Of a DNA stretch of 64,000 nt, positions 36,751 to 46,457 are shown piece after piece; positions within the stretch are counted from its first letter, which is position 1, and each line of letters starts with the position of its first letter. The notes under the pieces are model-generated. The model was not told the DNA's origin, ran no database searches, and worked only from the letters and a program-made list of their open reading frames with translations. The stretch lies in assembly GCA_905233685.1 (NCBI GenBank), contig CAJOEZ010000011.1, positions 8,040 to 72,039 of the forward strand, given 5' to 3'. The stretch comes from an uncultured Bacteroidales bacterium (GTDB lineage Bacteria > Bacteroidota > Bacteroidia > Bacteroidales > F082). A program made the position numbers and the translations under genes.

Positions 36751-37893
36751 ATGGCAGCCTACATCCATCAAAGCGGACAATGGCCACACTTCAACTGGGA
36801 CAAGGAACTTGTCGCAGATAAATTGGCTGCCGTCAACAAAGCCTCGGGGTTTCTTATGGGGCGACTCAACGCCATCGGCTTCGACGCTCGCTTGTCGGCC
36901 AATGCCGAAATGCTCTCCAACGACATCATCAACTCGTCCGAAATTGAAGGCATTTCTCTGAATGTCAAACAAGTGCGTTCTTCAATAGCCAGAAAATTGG
37001 GTATTCATTCTGATGCCGATGAGCCATCAAGCCACTATGTGGAAGGCATTGTGGAGATGATGCTTGATGCGGTGAGCCATTACCGCCAGCCCCTTACCCA
37101 TGAGCGGCTTTTTGGTTGGCACAACTGCTTGTTTCCCACGGGAATGAGCGGTTATTCTCGGATAGATGTGACGCAATACCGCAAGGGCGAAATGAAAGTG
37201 ATTTCGGGCAATTATGGGCGCGAAAAAGTCCATTATGAGGCCGTTCCCGCAGAAGATGTGCCCCAAGAAATGGGCGTTTTCTTGGATTGGTTCAACACGG
37301 GCACTGCCTCGCCCACTTACTTGAAATCCGCCATTGCCCACTTCTGGTTTGTCTGTATCCACCCGTTTGACGACGGCAACGGGCGCATCGGGCGCGCTAT
37401 CGCCGACATGGCACTCTCGCAGGCCGACGATTCCGCCATGCGCTTCTTCAGCATGTCGCGACAAATCAATAAGGACAAGAAATCATATTACGATGTTCTT
37501 GAGCGGGTTAGCCGCCAATCGGACACAGACATCACGGATTGGTTAGTGTGGTATCTCGACTGCATGGCCCGCGCCATCCATGCTTCCGACGAGGTGCTTT
37601 CGCGCATCCTTCAGAAAGCGGCGTTTTGGCAAAACCACGCCCATGTCGCGTTCACGGAGCGACAAAACAAGGTGCTGAACATCTATTTGGATGGTTATCC
37701 GGGTAAGCTGACGGTGAAAAACTGGGCCAAGCACTGCAAAGTCTCCACCGACACCGCCTCCCGCGACATCAAAGACCTTGTCGAGAAAGGCGTTCTCGAA
37801 CCCCAGCAAGGTCGTATGAGGGATGTATTTTACGGCATCCGTTGCGACGATAGCACCCTTTATATCCCTGGACCTCAAGAGGATGAAGATTAA
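36751..37893 (+). CDS. Fic-family protein (DUF4172-type N-terminus, C-terminal winged-helix-like region)
   Basis: Canonical HPFDDGNGRIGRAIADM Fic motif. The N-terminal SSEIEG fits the (S/T)xxxE(G/N) inhibitory motif. Start set at MAAYIHQSGQWPHFNWD. Confidence 0.85.
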   Translation: MAAYIHQSGQWPHFNWDKELVADKLAAVNKASGFLMGRLNAIGFDARLSANAEMLSNDIINSSEIEGISLNVKQVRSSIARKLGIHSDADEPSSHYVEGIVEMMLDAVSHYRQPLTHERLFGWHNCLFPTGMSGYSRIDVTQYRKGEMKVISGNYGREKVHYEAVPAEDVPQEMGVFLDWFNTGTASPTYLKSAIAHFWFVCIHPFDDGNGRIGRAIADMALSQADDSAMRFFSMSRQINKDKKSYYDVLERVSRQSDTDITDWLVWYLDCMARAIHASDEVLSRILQKAAFWQNHAHVAFTERQNKVLNIYLDGYPGKLTVKNWAKHCKVSTDTASRDIKDLVEKGVLEPQQGRMRDVFYGIRCDDSTLYIPGPQEDED

Positions 37894-37896
37894 ATC

Positions 37897-38595
37897 TTAT
37901 TTCTCAAAATGCTGATAATCCTTCCCACTAAGCCAGTCGCCGCCCCATTGAAAACCGTGCTGCTTAAAAAGGCGATAGCATAGGTCTCCTTTCGCAATCT
38001 TGTAAGGGAAATCGGCGCTGCGGTCGAGATAGTCGGTGCTCGCTTCGGGCTTGACGATAGCCTTGTCGTATTTCAGCTTGTAATACGGATTGTATTTCGG
38101 ATTGATGTCGATGGCGAGGCCGTAGCTATGCTTCGAGATTCTGCCGCCTGCCGTGATGGGTCGTTGGTTGAAGCAGGAGGTGTTGTTATCAAACATCGAG
38201 GCCTCGTCATCGCAGCCGTAATGGTCGATGAGGCGCATTCTTTCGATGGGATAGCCTGCCTCGAACAAAGCCTTGAAAATCTCCATCAAGTCTTTGGAGA
38301 TAAGTACATTGCAAACCAATTCGCCGATGATGGCGTTGCCGTCGGCATCACGGTGAAGAACTTGCAAATAGCGCAAATCGTCCCAAGAGACTGGATCTTT
38401 TTGACGCATGGAGCAGCTGTCCATCAGGGTTTTGAGCGGCTCTGAAATGGCTGAAATCTTGAAGAAACGCTCGTGACCAAAGACCTTGAGATAAGGCTCC
38501 GGCACCACATCGCCAGGGACATAACGCCCTTGCGCCCAGGAAGTTGAAATCCCGAAAAAGAACAGAAAAACCATATATTTCCAGCGACGCACCAC
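37897..38595 (-). CDS. M15-family D-Ala-D-Ala peptidase-like metallopeptidase (VanX/VanY-like)
   Basis: Signal peptide, SKHSYGLAIDIN (SxHxxGxAxD), and C-terminal DYQHFE. Confidence 0.7.
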   Translation of the reverse strand: MVRRWKYMVFLFFFGISTSWAQGRYVPGDVVPEPYLKVFGHERFFKISAISEPLKTLMDSCSMRQKDPVSWDDLRYLQVLHRDADGNAIIGELVCNVLISKDLMEIFKALFEAGYPIERMRLIDHYGCDDEASMFDNNTSCFNQRPITAGGRISKHSYGLAIDINPKYNPYYKLKYDKAIVKPEASTDYLDRSADFPYKIAKGDLCYRLFKQHGFQWGGDWLSGKDYQHFEK

Positions 38596-38607
38596 GATCC
38601 AAGTTTC

Positions 38608-39936
38608 TCAAATCTGCTTTTTGCGCCAGTCGGCTTTCCAAATGTAAAACAGCGAAATCAGGCCAATCATAATGTTGTAAACCCACTCGGCGGTCCACAC
38701 GGCGGCGATAGTAGAAGTCTTTGACATCAGATAAACATAAATGATGTAAATGATGAGGATGCCGAACTCCAAGGCCATGGCCGCCGAGGTGTTGCCCGTG
38801 CCCGAAACAGCCTCAAAGAAAGTCATGGAGAAGGCACCGAGCAGCGTGGCGACACAAATCACATAGACTGAAGGGATGGCGGCCTGCGCCAAAACCGTGT
38901 CATCGGTGTAGATTTGCAAAACCAAATGTGGGATAATGGCCACCACCGCGACCAATACCGCCGAACACAAGAAGCTGTTTTTCACCACTTTCCAGATGGA
39001 TGACATCACCTCGTTGCTTTTGCCCTCGCCGATGATGCGACTCGTCAGCGTGTTGGCAGTCGAGGCGAAAGCGATGCCCGGGATGATGAGAATCATGTAG
39101 GTACTGCGCACTACTGACGAAACCCCAATGGCGGTCTCTCCCATTTTCTCAATGAGGACGAAGAAGATGAACCATGCGCCGAACGAGAACAAACGCTGAA
39201 TCATGCTCGGGAATGCCACTTTGAGGATGTTGCCCATCAGCGCCGGCTGCCACTTGTGCCAACGGAACATGCCGTATTCCTCGTGCGGAATCTTGATGTA
39301 GGTAATAATCCAGAAGAAGCAGAACGCCGTGATTTCGGCCAACAGCGAGGCCAAAGCCGCCCCGCCAATGCCCATCGCGGGCAGTCCTGCGTGACCGAAA
39401 ATCAAGGCCCAGTCGAAAAAGATATTGACCACGGCCATAATCAGCGTCGAATAAGTGATGACGCGCGTGCTGCTGATGCCGACATAAAACGAGCGAAACA
39501 AGAAGTTGAACACCACGAAAAAGATGCCGAATTGCCTGAAACTCAAGTACTCGTCTGCCGCCAAATAGATGTTCTCCGACTCAATGATTATGTGCAACAG
39601 CCTGTGACTGAAGAAGAACAAAATGCAGAATAGCAAAAAACCTAAACCCAGCACAAACAAAGCCCCATGTTGAAACACCACGCCGATTTTGCTGTAGTCG
39701 CCCTCGCCGAAGCGCCTTGCGATAAATATCTGAATACCAATGGCAAAGCCCATCGCCAAGGTGGTGAAGACGAAATAATACAAGCCCGCCATCATGGACG
39801 CGCTCAACTCGATGGTGCCGAGATGGCCCAAAAAGGCGGTGTCGGTGAAGTTGATGATGGTCTGCGCGAGGTTGCCCAGCATGATGGGATACGCTATGCG
39901 CCAGATTTCGCGGTTGGTAACGGTGGTTTTAATCAT
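38608..39936 (-). CDS. MATE-family efflux transporter
   Basis: 442 aa, 12 TM helices, N-terminus REIWRIAYPIMLGNLAQTIINFTDTAFLGHLG typical of MATE/NorM. Confidence 0.9.
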   Translation of the reverse strand: MIKTTVTNREIWRIAYPIMLGNLAQTIINFTDTAFLGHLGTIELSASMMAGLYYFVFTTLAMGFAIGIQIFIARRFGEGDYSKIGVVFQHGALFVLGLGFLLFCILFFFSHRLLHIIIESENIYLAADEYLSFRQFGIFFVVFNFLFRSFYVGISSTRVITYSTLIMAVVNIFFDWALIFGHAGLPAMGIGGAALASLLAEITAFCFFWIITYIKIPHEEYGMFRWHKWQPALMGNILKVAFPSMIQRLFSFGAWFIFFVLIEKMGETAIGVSSVVRSTYMILIIPGIAFASTANTLTSRIIGEGKSNEVMSSIWKVVKNSFLCSAVLVAVVAIIPHLVLQIYTDDTVLAQAAIPSVYVICVATLLGAFSMTFFEAVSGTGNTSAAMALEFGILIIYIIYVYLMSKTSTIAAVWTAEWVYNIMIGLISLFYIWKADWRKKQI

Positions 39937-40113
39937 AGTCGGGCCGTCAATAATGCCATTTTCCTGATTTGGCTGGCAAAATTACACAATTCCACGAAAA
40001 CTCCTCCGCATTTTTTCATCGTCCCCCTTGTATGTTTCATTTTTTGTCTATTTTTGCCTCAGCCAAGAAGATGGACTTTCTTCGCCCTATCCCTTCACGA
40101 AAAAAACTCTGCC

Positions 40114-42711
40114 ATGAAAAAAACAATTGTACTTATACTGATAGCTCTATTTCTGAGTACCGCATACTCAGGAAAACTCCATGCCCAACTTATTGTTACC
40201 GATGCTTCTGAATTAAATGGCTGGACTGCAGATTCATTAGTCAGAAACATCCTTTTGGATAATGGCGTAACCATTTCAAATGCCAAATTCAATGGTTCCG
40301 ATGGGGTCATTTTCTGCAACAGCATTGGAAAGTTCGAAACGGGTGATACGCCGACCAACATAGGCATGGAATCCGGCTTGATTCTTGCCTCGGGAGGTGT
40401 GTCGGTCGCCATAGGCCCGAATGATGTAAATGAAGCCAATGTGACTACAACGTGCGGAAACTACTATGACAACGACCTGGCTTCTATCGCTTCAGGTACC
40501 CCATTTGACGTTGCGGTGCTTGAGTTTGATTTTGTCCCATGGGACGAAACAGTGACTTTCAGTTTCGTTTTCGGCTCCGAAGAGTACATGGAATATGTCG
40601 GTTGGGATTATAATGACGTATTTGGCTTTTTCATAGATGGCATTAATCCGGCTGGAGGGTTTTACGACCGTCAAAACATAGCTTTAATACCTGGAACGAC
40701 AGAGGCCGTCAGCATTGACAACGTGAACCTGAACCACAATTCAGAGTATTACATCGACAATACCGGGGGTGCTACCATTCAATTTGACGGGTTCACCACT
40801 TTGTTAGAAGTGAGTTTCAACGTGGTTCCGATGTCGAATTATCATATCAAAATGGCCATTTGTGACGTGGGTGATAGCCTTGTGGATTCAGGGGTTTTCT
40901 TAGAGGCACATAGTTTTTCCACCAACCTCACCTACACCATGACGATAGATGGTTGGGATTACGCTGAAATCCCGGAAAACCATTATTCTTGCGCCAATCA
41001 AGACATAGAATTCAATACGTTAACCAACTGGAATTTTGACGATGTGACATGGTATTTCGGCGACGGCACTTCGGCGCAAGGGGAGCAAGTCACGCACGCT
41101 TATAGTGCCGAGGGCTTTTACACCGTAACCAATGTGCTTCACAATCCGCATAGAGACATGGATTCTCTGTATCTTACCAAGGTAATAGAGGTCAGGTCGC
41201 CCTATTCTGAAATCTATGCTACATCATGCGGCAGCTACGATTGGTATGGAAACCAGTACACGGAAAGTGGTACTTACACCCATGTCATCCAAGTTCCCGA
41301 CGCCTGCGATAGTACGTTGTTTCTTCATTTGACCATCAATCCGGTTGACACGACTTATCTCCACATCACAGCCTGTGATGAATACGAGTGGTACAATACA
41401 ATCTACACTGAACCTGGGATTTACACGCATTTGGAGCAGTCCGTTGCAGGCTGCGACAGCCTGTTGGTTTTGAACCTTAACCTCAGTGGCAGCTATAGTT
41501 CTGAGGAATACGTGACAGCCTGCAACAACTACCATTGGCGCGGGATCACCTATACCGAAAGCGGCACTTATACCGATTTTGTCCAAGCGCCAGGGGCTTG
41601 CGACAGCACTTTCGTCCTGAACCTGACCATAGGCTATGATGCGCAAAGCGACACAACGGCGGTCGCTTGCAATGCGTTCATTTGGCATGGCACCATTTAT
41701 ACGGAATCGGGCGACTATCCTTATTTGACCCAGACCACTCTTGGCTGTGACAGTATCGTCACGCTACATCTTACCATAGGTCAAGAGCAAATCCATCCAG
41801 CAGAGGTAGAGACGACGTGCAATGATTCGTTCACATGGCGTGGTCATAGCTATTCGCATGATGGCGTTTATTACGACACCGTAGCGGGTGTGGCAGGCTG
41901 CGACGACATCTATGTCCTTGACCTTACCTTTGTGGAAGGCTACAGCACTACGCTCAACGAGACCGTGTGCGACAGGTATCCTTGGCAGTCGGTTGCAGGC
42001 GGCTATCTGACCGAATCGGGTCAGTATAAATATGAAGGTTTGACTCAGGATGGCTGTGACAGCATCATCGAGTTGAACCTCATCGTGCATTACACGCCTA
42101 AACCCGTCATTGTCTATTCGAAGGACGACTATTACAAAGACGGCGACACCATTGCCGTCATCAACAACACGGAATTTTTCTCGTTCCAGTACGACTTCTT
42201 CGTGGAGGACTCGCTCGGCCACATCGATGATTGGGGCTCGTGTGTGTGGCAAATCAACAAGGAATCATGGCTGATTGACACCATTCTCCCTGAATACCAA
42301 AACGAAACCGGCAGACGCTATTGTAGGGTTTTCGTCGCGGAGCACGACGATACCCCAACAGAGCTGAGTTGCACCGTTTACAACAGCCACTGCGATCCGG
42401 AAATCATCACGCGAAGTTTCTACCTCAAGTCGTCGTTTTTCGACATCGACGAACAGGATGCTGCAAGGTGCGCCTTCGACGTCATCCCCAACCCCAACAA
42501 CGGCACTATGGAGTTGCGTTTCGAGAACATGGAAGGCAAAGTGGAGGTCAAGGTGTATGATATGATGGGCACGTTGGTGGACAGCTTTGTGACTTACAAC
42601 GGTAAGGAACCCAAGGCTATGCAATATAACCTGAATGGTCGCAGGGGCATTTATTTCTTAGTGGCCAACGGAAAAGAAGGCACTATGGCTAAAAAGGTGG
42701 TTATTCAATAG
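40114..42711 (+). CDS. Secreted choice-of-anchor-L-like protein with PKD-like segment, six Cys-pair repeats and T9SS C-terminal sorting domain
   Basis: Start at MKKTIVLILIALFLSTAYSGKLHAQ (TATTTTTG box at 40049..40056). N-terminus LIVTDASELNGWTADSLVRNILLDNGVTISNAKFNG. VTWYFGDGTSAQGEQVTHAY is PKD-like. C-terminus FDVIPNPNNGTMELRF...IYFLVANGKEGTMAKKVVIQ. Confidence 0.7.
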   Translation: MKKTIVLILIALFLSTAYSGKLHAQLIVTDASELNGWTADSLVRNILLDNGVTISNAKFNGSDGVIFCNSIGKFETGDTPTNIGMESGLILASGGVSVAIGPNDVNEANVTTTCGNYYDNDLASIASGTPFDVAVLEFDFVPWDETVTFSFVFGSEEYMEYVGWDYNDVFGFFIDGINPAGGFYDRQNIALIPGTTEAVSIDNVNLNHNSEYYIDNTGGATIQFDGFTTLLEVSFNVVPMSNYHIKMAICDVGDSLVDSGVFLEAHSFSTNLTYTMTIDGWDYAEIPENHYSCANQDIEFNTLTNWNFDDVTWYFGDGTSAQGEQVTHAYSAEGFYTVTNVLHNPHRDMDSLYLTKVIEVRSPYSEIYATSCGSYDWYGNQYTESGTYTHVIQVPDACDSTLFLHLTINPVDTTYLHITACDEYEWYNTIYTEPGIYTHLEQSVAGCDSLLVLNLNLSGSYSSEEYVTACNNYHWRGITYTESGTYTDFVQAPGACDSTFVLNLTIGYDAQSDTTAVACNAFIWHGTIYTESGDYPYLTQTTLGCDSIVTLHLTIGQEQIHPAEVETTCNDSFTWRGHSYSHDGVYYDTVAGVAGCDDIYVLDLTFVEGYSTTLNETVCDRYPWQSVAGGYLTESGQYKYEGLTQDGCDSIIELNLIVHYTPKPVIVYSKDDYYKDGDTIAVINNTEFFSFQYDFFVEDSLGHIDDWGSCVWQINKESWLIDTILPEYQNETGRRYCRVFVAEHDDTPTELSCTVYNSHCDPEIITRSFYLKSSFFDIDEQDAARCAFDVIPNPNNGTMELRFENMEGKVEVKVYDMMGTLVDSFVTYNGKEPKAMQYNLNGRRGIYFLVANGKEGTMAKKVVIQ

Positions 42712-42716
42712 GCCTC

Positions 42717-44225
42717 TCATTTTGCGCGAAGCGCAGCGTATGCCTTTCCCAAATGCTCAGTTATATCACTGGCAATCAAGGCCTCCTGCCCTATTTCCTC
42801 AGCGGCCAGGTCGCCGGCGAGGCCGTGGAGATACACTCCCAAAACGGCGGCTTCCTCGGGTGAATAGCGTTGCGCCAAGAGCGAGAGAATGATGCCTGTC
42901 AGCACGTCGCCACTGCCAGCAGTGGCCATACCAGGATTGCCTGTGGTGTTGAAGAAAATGGTGCCGTTGGGCATCGCGACGGTGGTGTGTGCGCCTTTCA
43001 CGATGACGACGAGGTTGTGCTTCACGGCCAACTCGCGCTGTTTCTCAAGACGCTCGAATGAGGTCTGGGTCTTCCCTACCAAACGCTCAAACTCCTTCGG
43101 GTGTGGGGTCAGTATCGTTTTTGCAGGCAGGAACGACAGCCAAGTCGGGTTGTCGGAGAGGATGTTCAAGGCGTCGGCATCCATGACGAGCGGCACTTGT
43201 ACCTTTTGGATGAGGCGTTTCAAAGCGTGAACAGTATCCTCTGCCTTGCCCAGGCCTGGACCCACACCCACAGCGGTAAAAGCATCCAAATGCCCGAACA
43301 TTGAAAAACAAGTATCTGATTCATCAGCATCAATCATCGCCTCGGGGATGGCGGTCTGCAAAGGCAGTTGGGCCATCTTGGGCAGGTGGACGCTCAACAG
43401 TCCGACACCCGTACGCAGACAGGCCTTTGCACCGAGCAAGGCAGCACCCGTCTTGCCCTCGGAACCAGCAATCAACAGTGCGTGACCGTAAGTGCCTTTG
43501 TGGGAGTATTTCGTGCGGTTGTGCAGTATCGGCTTCACCATCGCCTTGACGGTCAGGAGGTTGTTGGTCTCCACCTCTTCCAGATAGCGCGGGTGCAGAC
43601 CGATGTCCAAGACCTCGAAACGACCCACATACGGGTCGTTTTCGGGCAGCAGGAAAGCCAACTTGGGATTTTGGAAGGTCAGCGTGTAATCGGCCTTGAA
43701 GATGAAACCCAAGGCACTGGGCTGGTCGGCGAAGAGGCCCGAAGGGATGTCGATGGACACACGGATGGCCTTGCTTTGGTTGAGGTAGGCAATCAGGTCG
43801 GCGGTCACGCCCTGCGGCGGACGGTTGAGGCCAGAGCCGAAGATGGCGTCGACCACCACATCGTTGGCATCGACTTTCGGGAAGTCGTCCTCGCTAAGAA
43901 TGTCGAACATCGGCACCTTGGTCTCGTTCATCAGGCGGAAGTAGTTCACCTCGCAGTCGTGACTCATCTTATCCGAATAGCGCACCATAAACACCTGCGG
44001 GACAATCTCTTGCTCATTAAGCAGTCGGGCCACCACGAGGCCGTCGCCGCCGTTGTTGCCCATGCCGCAGAAGATCTTGATGGTCTTCTCGCGCGGCGTG
44101 CGGCGGTAGAGCCACTCAAAGACCTTGGTGGCGGCGCGTTCCATCAAATCGACGGACTCGATGGGTTCGTTTTCTATCGTGTATTTGTCCGCTTCGCGGA
44201 TTTGATTGACTGAGAGGATTTTCAT
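42717..44225 (-). CDS. nnr: Bifunctional NAD(P)H-hydrate repair enzyme (epimerase + ADP-dependent dehydratase)
   Basis: N-terminal YjeF_N motif CGMGNNGGDGLVVAR. The C-terminal carbohydrate-kinase-like half has GNPGMATAGSGDVLTG. Confidence 0.9.
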   Translation of the reverse strand: MKILSVNQIREADKYTIENEPIESVDLMERAATKVFEWLYRRTPREKTIKIFCGMGNNGGDGLVVARLLNEQEIVPQVFMVRYSDKMSHDCEVNYFRLMNETKVPMFDILSEDDFPKVDANDVVVDAIFGSGLNRPPQGVTADLIAYLNQSKAIRVSIDIPSGLFADQPSALGFIFKADYTLTFQNPKLAFLLPENDPYVGRFEVLDIGLHPRYLEEVETNNLLTVKAMVKPILHNRTKYSHKGTYGHALLIAGSEGKTGAALLGAKACLRTGVGLLSVHLPKMAQLPLQTAIPEAMIDADESDTCFSMFGHLDAFTAVGVGPGLGKAEDTVHALKRLIQKVQVPLVMDADALNILSDNPTWLSFLPAKTILTPHPKEFERLVGKTQTSFERLEKQRELAVKHNLVVIVKGAHTTVAMPNGTIFFNTTGNPGMATAGSGDVLTGIILSLLAQRYSPEEAAVLGVYLHGLAGDLAAEEIGQEALIASDITEHLGKAYAALRAK

Positions 44226-44289
44226 GTTCTTTGTTTTATGGGATACACTTCGTGTAGAAATATTTCAAAAATCTTTTAAAAATACGAGT

Positions 44290-45612
44290 TTACTCGTAAT
44301 ACTCACACCTATACACATTAAAATAATACTCATACAAATCTGCGCCAGGCATCCATTGTACATGCGCTATGCAGTTTCCGTGTTCGTCAAAGAAGAACAG
44401 GCTTTCGTGTGAAAAAGCATAATTTTCTCCATCATAAGTAGCGTAATAAGAATAAAAATCCGTATCTTTATAATACCGCCATACTTGTTTATGGAATTGC
44501 GCATGACGATTGTCAATTCTTTCTCTTTCAATTAGCCGTCCCAATCCATCATACTTGCATTTCATCACCTCACGAGGAATGGTGTCATCATTATAAAAAT
44601 CCTCAATTTTGACAACCCTTCCAAAACTATCATACTCGCTATAAGTCACCATTTTGCCATACTTGTCTTTTAGGACGTATTTTTCCTTCACAGGAAATCC
44701 TTCTGCATTTCGTTTAATTATCCTCTCGTGCTTCAACTTTTCTTTTTTATTATTTGGAATCGCAGTTACCTTATAATTTAAATAATCAACAACTTGGCCT
44801 GTTGAATCCGTTTCTTGCCATCTATCATCATCCGAATTAATGACAGTGTGCCAACGTCTTGTTTCCATACTTGTTTCTTTTATTATGCTGTCATTCCCGT
44901 CATATCTATATTTTGTCCTTGTTTCGTTGACATCTCCCCAACCACAGTTTTCTCTCCGCTCATAAATGACATTTCCTCTCGAATCGCATTCCCTATAAGA
45001 CTTTGAATCACTCCTTATATCTCCTCCATAACCCTCCGACTTGCGCAAAACACCATTTTTGTCATACTTCATTGTGAAATGCTTTATCATTTCCTCTCCT
45101 TCAAATACTTTCCGTTCCAACAGCCGACCTTCCGAATCGTATGTCCAATGTTCCGAACGATTCTGACATCTTTCTTCCACAAGCCTTCCTGCCTCATCAT
45201 ATTTATATGAATAAAAGATGGTATCGTTAAACGCAGTCCCATCATCAATTATCATTTTCGTCAAATGCCCTTGATTGTCATACTCGTTATAATAGATATT
45301 ATCACCCAATCTTGTGTAATTCCCCAAAGAATCATACTCTCTAAGCCAATAGAACTTACTGTCTTTTACAACATTATTATTGATGCTGTCGGCAAAGCGA
45401 ATCATCCTATCCACATCAAAATCACATTGATAGAAACGTTTCATAAAATCATCATGGTTGATGGAATCGCTAATGTCAAATTTATAAGCGTACATCTCGT
45501 ATGTTTTCACTTTGCCTACTAAACATTCTTTTTCCCATCCCGTTTTTTGGGCGAAGGCGTTCACTGACAAAGCAACCAGCACCAGTAATACTATATTTTG
45601 AATTTGTTTCAT
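44290..45612 (-). CDS. Secreted protein with YD/RHS-like repeats
   Basis: Signal peptide. Recurrent YDxxGxL units (EYDSLGNY, EYDNQGHLTK, KYDEAGRLVEE, TYDSEGRLLER, KYDKNGVLRK, KYDGLGRLIER). Confidence 0.55.
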   Translation of the reverse strand: MKQIQNIVLLVLVALSVNAFAQKTGWEKECLVGKVKTYEMYAYKFDISDSINHDDFMKRFYQCDFDVDRMIRFADSINNNVVKDSKFYWLREYDSLGNYTRLGDNIYYNEYDNQGHLTKMIIDDGTAFNDTIFYSYKYDEAGRLVEERCQNRSEHWTYDSEGRLLERKVFEGEEMIKHFTMKYDKNGVLRKSEGYGGDIRSDSKSYRECDSRGNVIYERRENCGWGDVNETRTKYRYDGNDSIIKETSMETRRWHTVINSDDDRWQETDSTGQVVDYLNYKVTAIPNNKKEKLKHERIIKRNAEGFPVKEKYVLKDKYGKMVTYSEYDSFGRVVKIEDFYNDDTIPREVMKCKYDGLGRLIERERIDNRHAQFHKQVWRYYKDTDFYSYYATYDGENYAFSHESLFFFDEHGNCIAHVQWMPGADLYEYYFNVYRCEYYE

Positions 45613-45694
45613 TGCATAATGAATTAAACGACTCGAATTTGCGCAAAATTACGAATAAAACCGAGATGAAAGCAACACATTCTTCAGGGATTTG

Positions 45695-45790
45695 GGAAAA
45701 ATTGCAAAAAGGGTATTGAAATACTGGAAAAAAGTTGTAATTTTGCATTGAAAATAGTGGAAAAAAGTTGCAAAAAAGCATTGAAGCACA
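45695..45790. repeat. Three imperfect ~31-33-nt tandem units upstream of the TA pair
   Basis: Units are ggaaaaattgcaaaaagggtattgaaatact / ggaaaaaagttgtaattttgcattgaaaatagt / ggaaaaaagttgcaaaaaagcattgaagcaca. A TATCTTTG -7 box follows at 45832..45839. Confidence 0.7.
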
Positions 45791-45860
45791 GAGGTTTTGC
45801 CACTGGCACTGAAATTGTGATTATCTTTGCAGCGTAAAAAACAAAAAACAAGGACTTGAA

Positions 45861-46118
45861 ATGGAAACTATAACACTCACATTCAACACCGGAAGTCCAT
45901 TTGCGGCCAGCATAGACGCTTTTCTCAAGACCTTGCCCCCGAGCGTAAAGGTGAGAAAGAGCGTGAAGCCAAAAAACAGCAAAGCAGACAAAGATTCTGC
46001 GAAGAAGAAACGCTTCCTTTCCAAACTCACCAAGGCCGGACAACAAGCGATTGACCTTGCCTCGACGCCGCACGAAAACTATTCCGCTGAGGAGCTAATT
46101 GCTTCATTGTATGATTAA
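45861..46118 (+). CDS. Putative antitoxin (position-based)
   Basis: 85-aa ORF overlapping the RelE-type gene start by 8 nt. Lys-rich middle, no motif recognised. Confidence 0.45.
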   Translation: METITLTFNTGSPFAASIDAFLKTLPPSVKVRKSVKPKNSKADKDSAKKKRFLSKLTKAGQQAIDLASTPHENYSAEELIASLYD

Positions 46119-46446
46119 GTTCACTCCAACACCTGCTTTCAAGACCTCCGCAAAGCAACTTGCCAAACGCTATCCTTCGTTTCGAAACGACTTTGAGGAG
46201 TTCCTCAAATCGCTCGAGAAGAACCCGAACCAAGGCACACCCCTTGCAGGAGGATTCCGCAAGATTCGCATGGCCATCACTTCGAAAAGCAAGGGAAAAA
46301 GCGGTGGTGCAAGGATTATTTCCCTCAACTGCCTCGTGACCGAAAAAGACGGAGAAATATTCCTCGTGCAGGTGTACGATAAGAGCGAAGCAGAAAGCAT
46401 CTCCATCAAGGAAATCAGGAAAGCTTTTGCCACTCTGACGAAATGA
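46111..46446 (+). CDS. RelE/ParE-superfamily (HigB/Gp49-like) toxin
   Basis: MIKFTPTPAFKTSAKQLAKRYPSFRNDFEEF...GGFRKIRMAITSKSKGKSGGARIISL is typical of this toxin family. Start set at ATG 46111. Confidence 0.75.
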   Translation: MIKFTPTPAFKTSAKQLAKRYPSFRNDFEEFLKSLEKNPNQGTPLAGGFRKIRMAITSKSKGKSGGARIISLNCLVTEKDGEIFLVQVYDKSEAESISIKEIRKAFATLTK

Positions 46447-46457
46447 CAAACGTTTTG

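Noticed and set aside
39667-40113. N-terminal 149 codons of the 1014-aa track ORF, and similar 5' extensions (18569..18676 ahcY, 48639..48761 tex, 36598..36750 fic, 63215..63388 cas2, 22672..22698, 53315..53371, 60986..61063)
   Set aside because: The extensions overlap upstream genes or promoter boxes and lack signal or fold features. Internal ATGs sit 20-60 nt behind TAnnTTTG boxes and give canonical N-termini or signal peptides.
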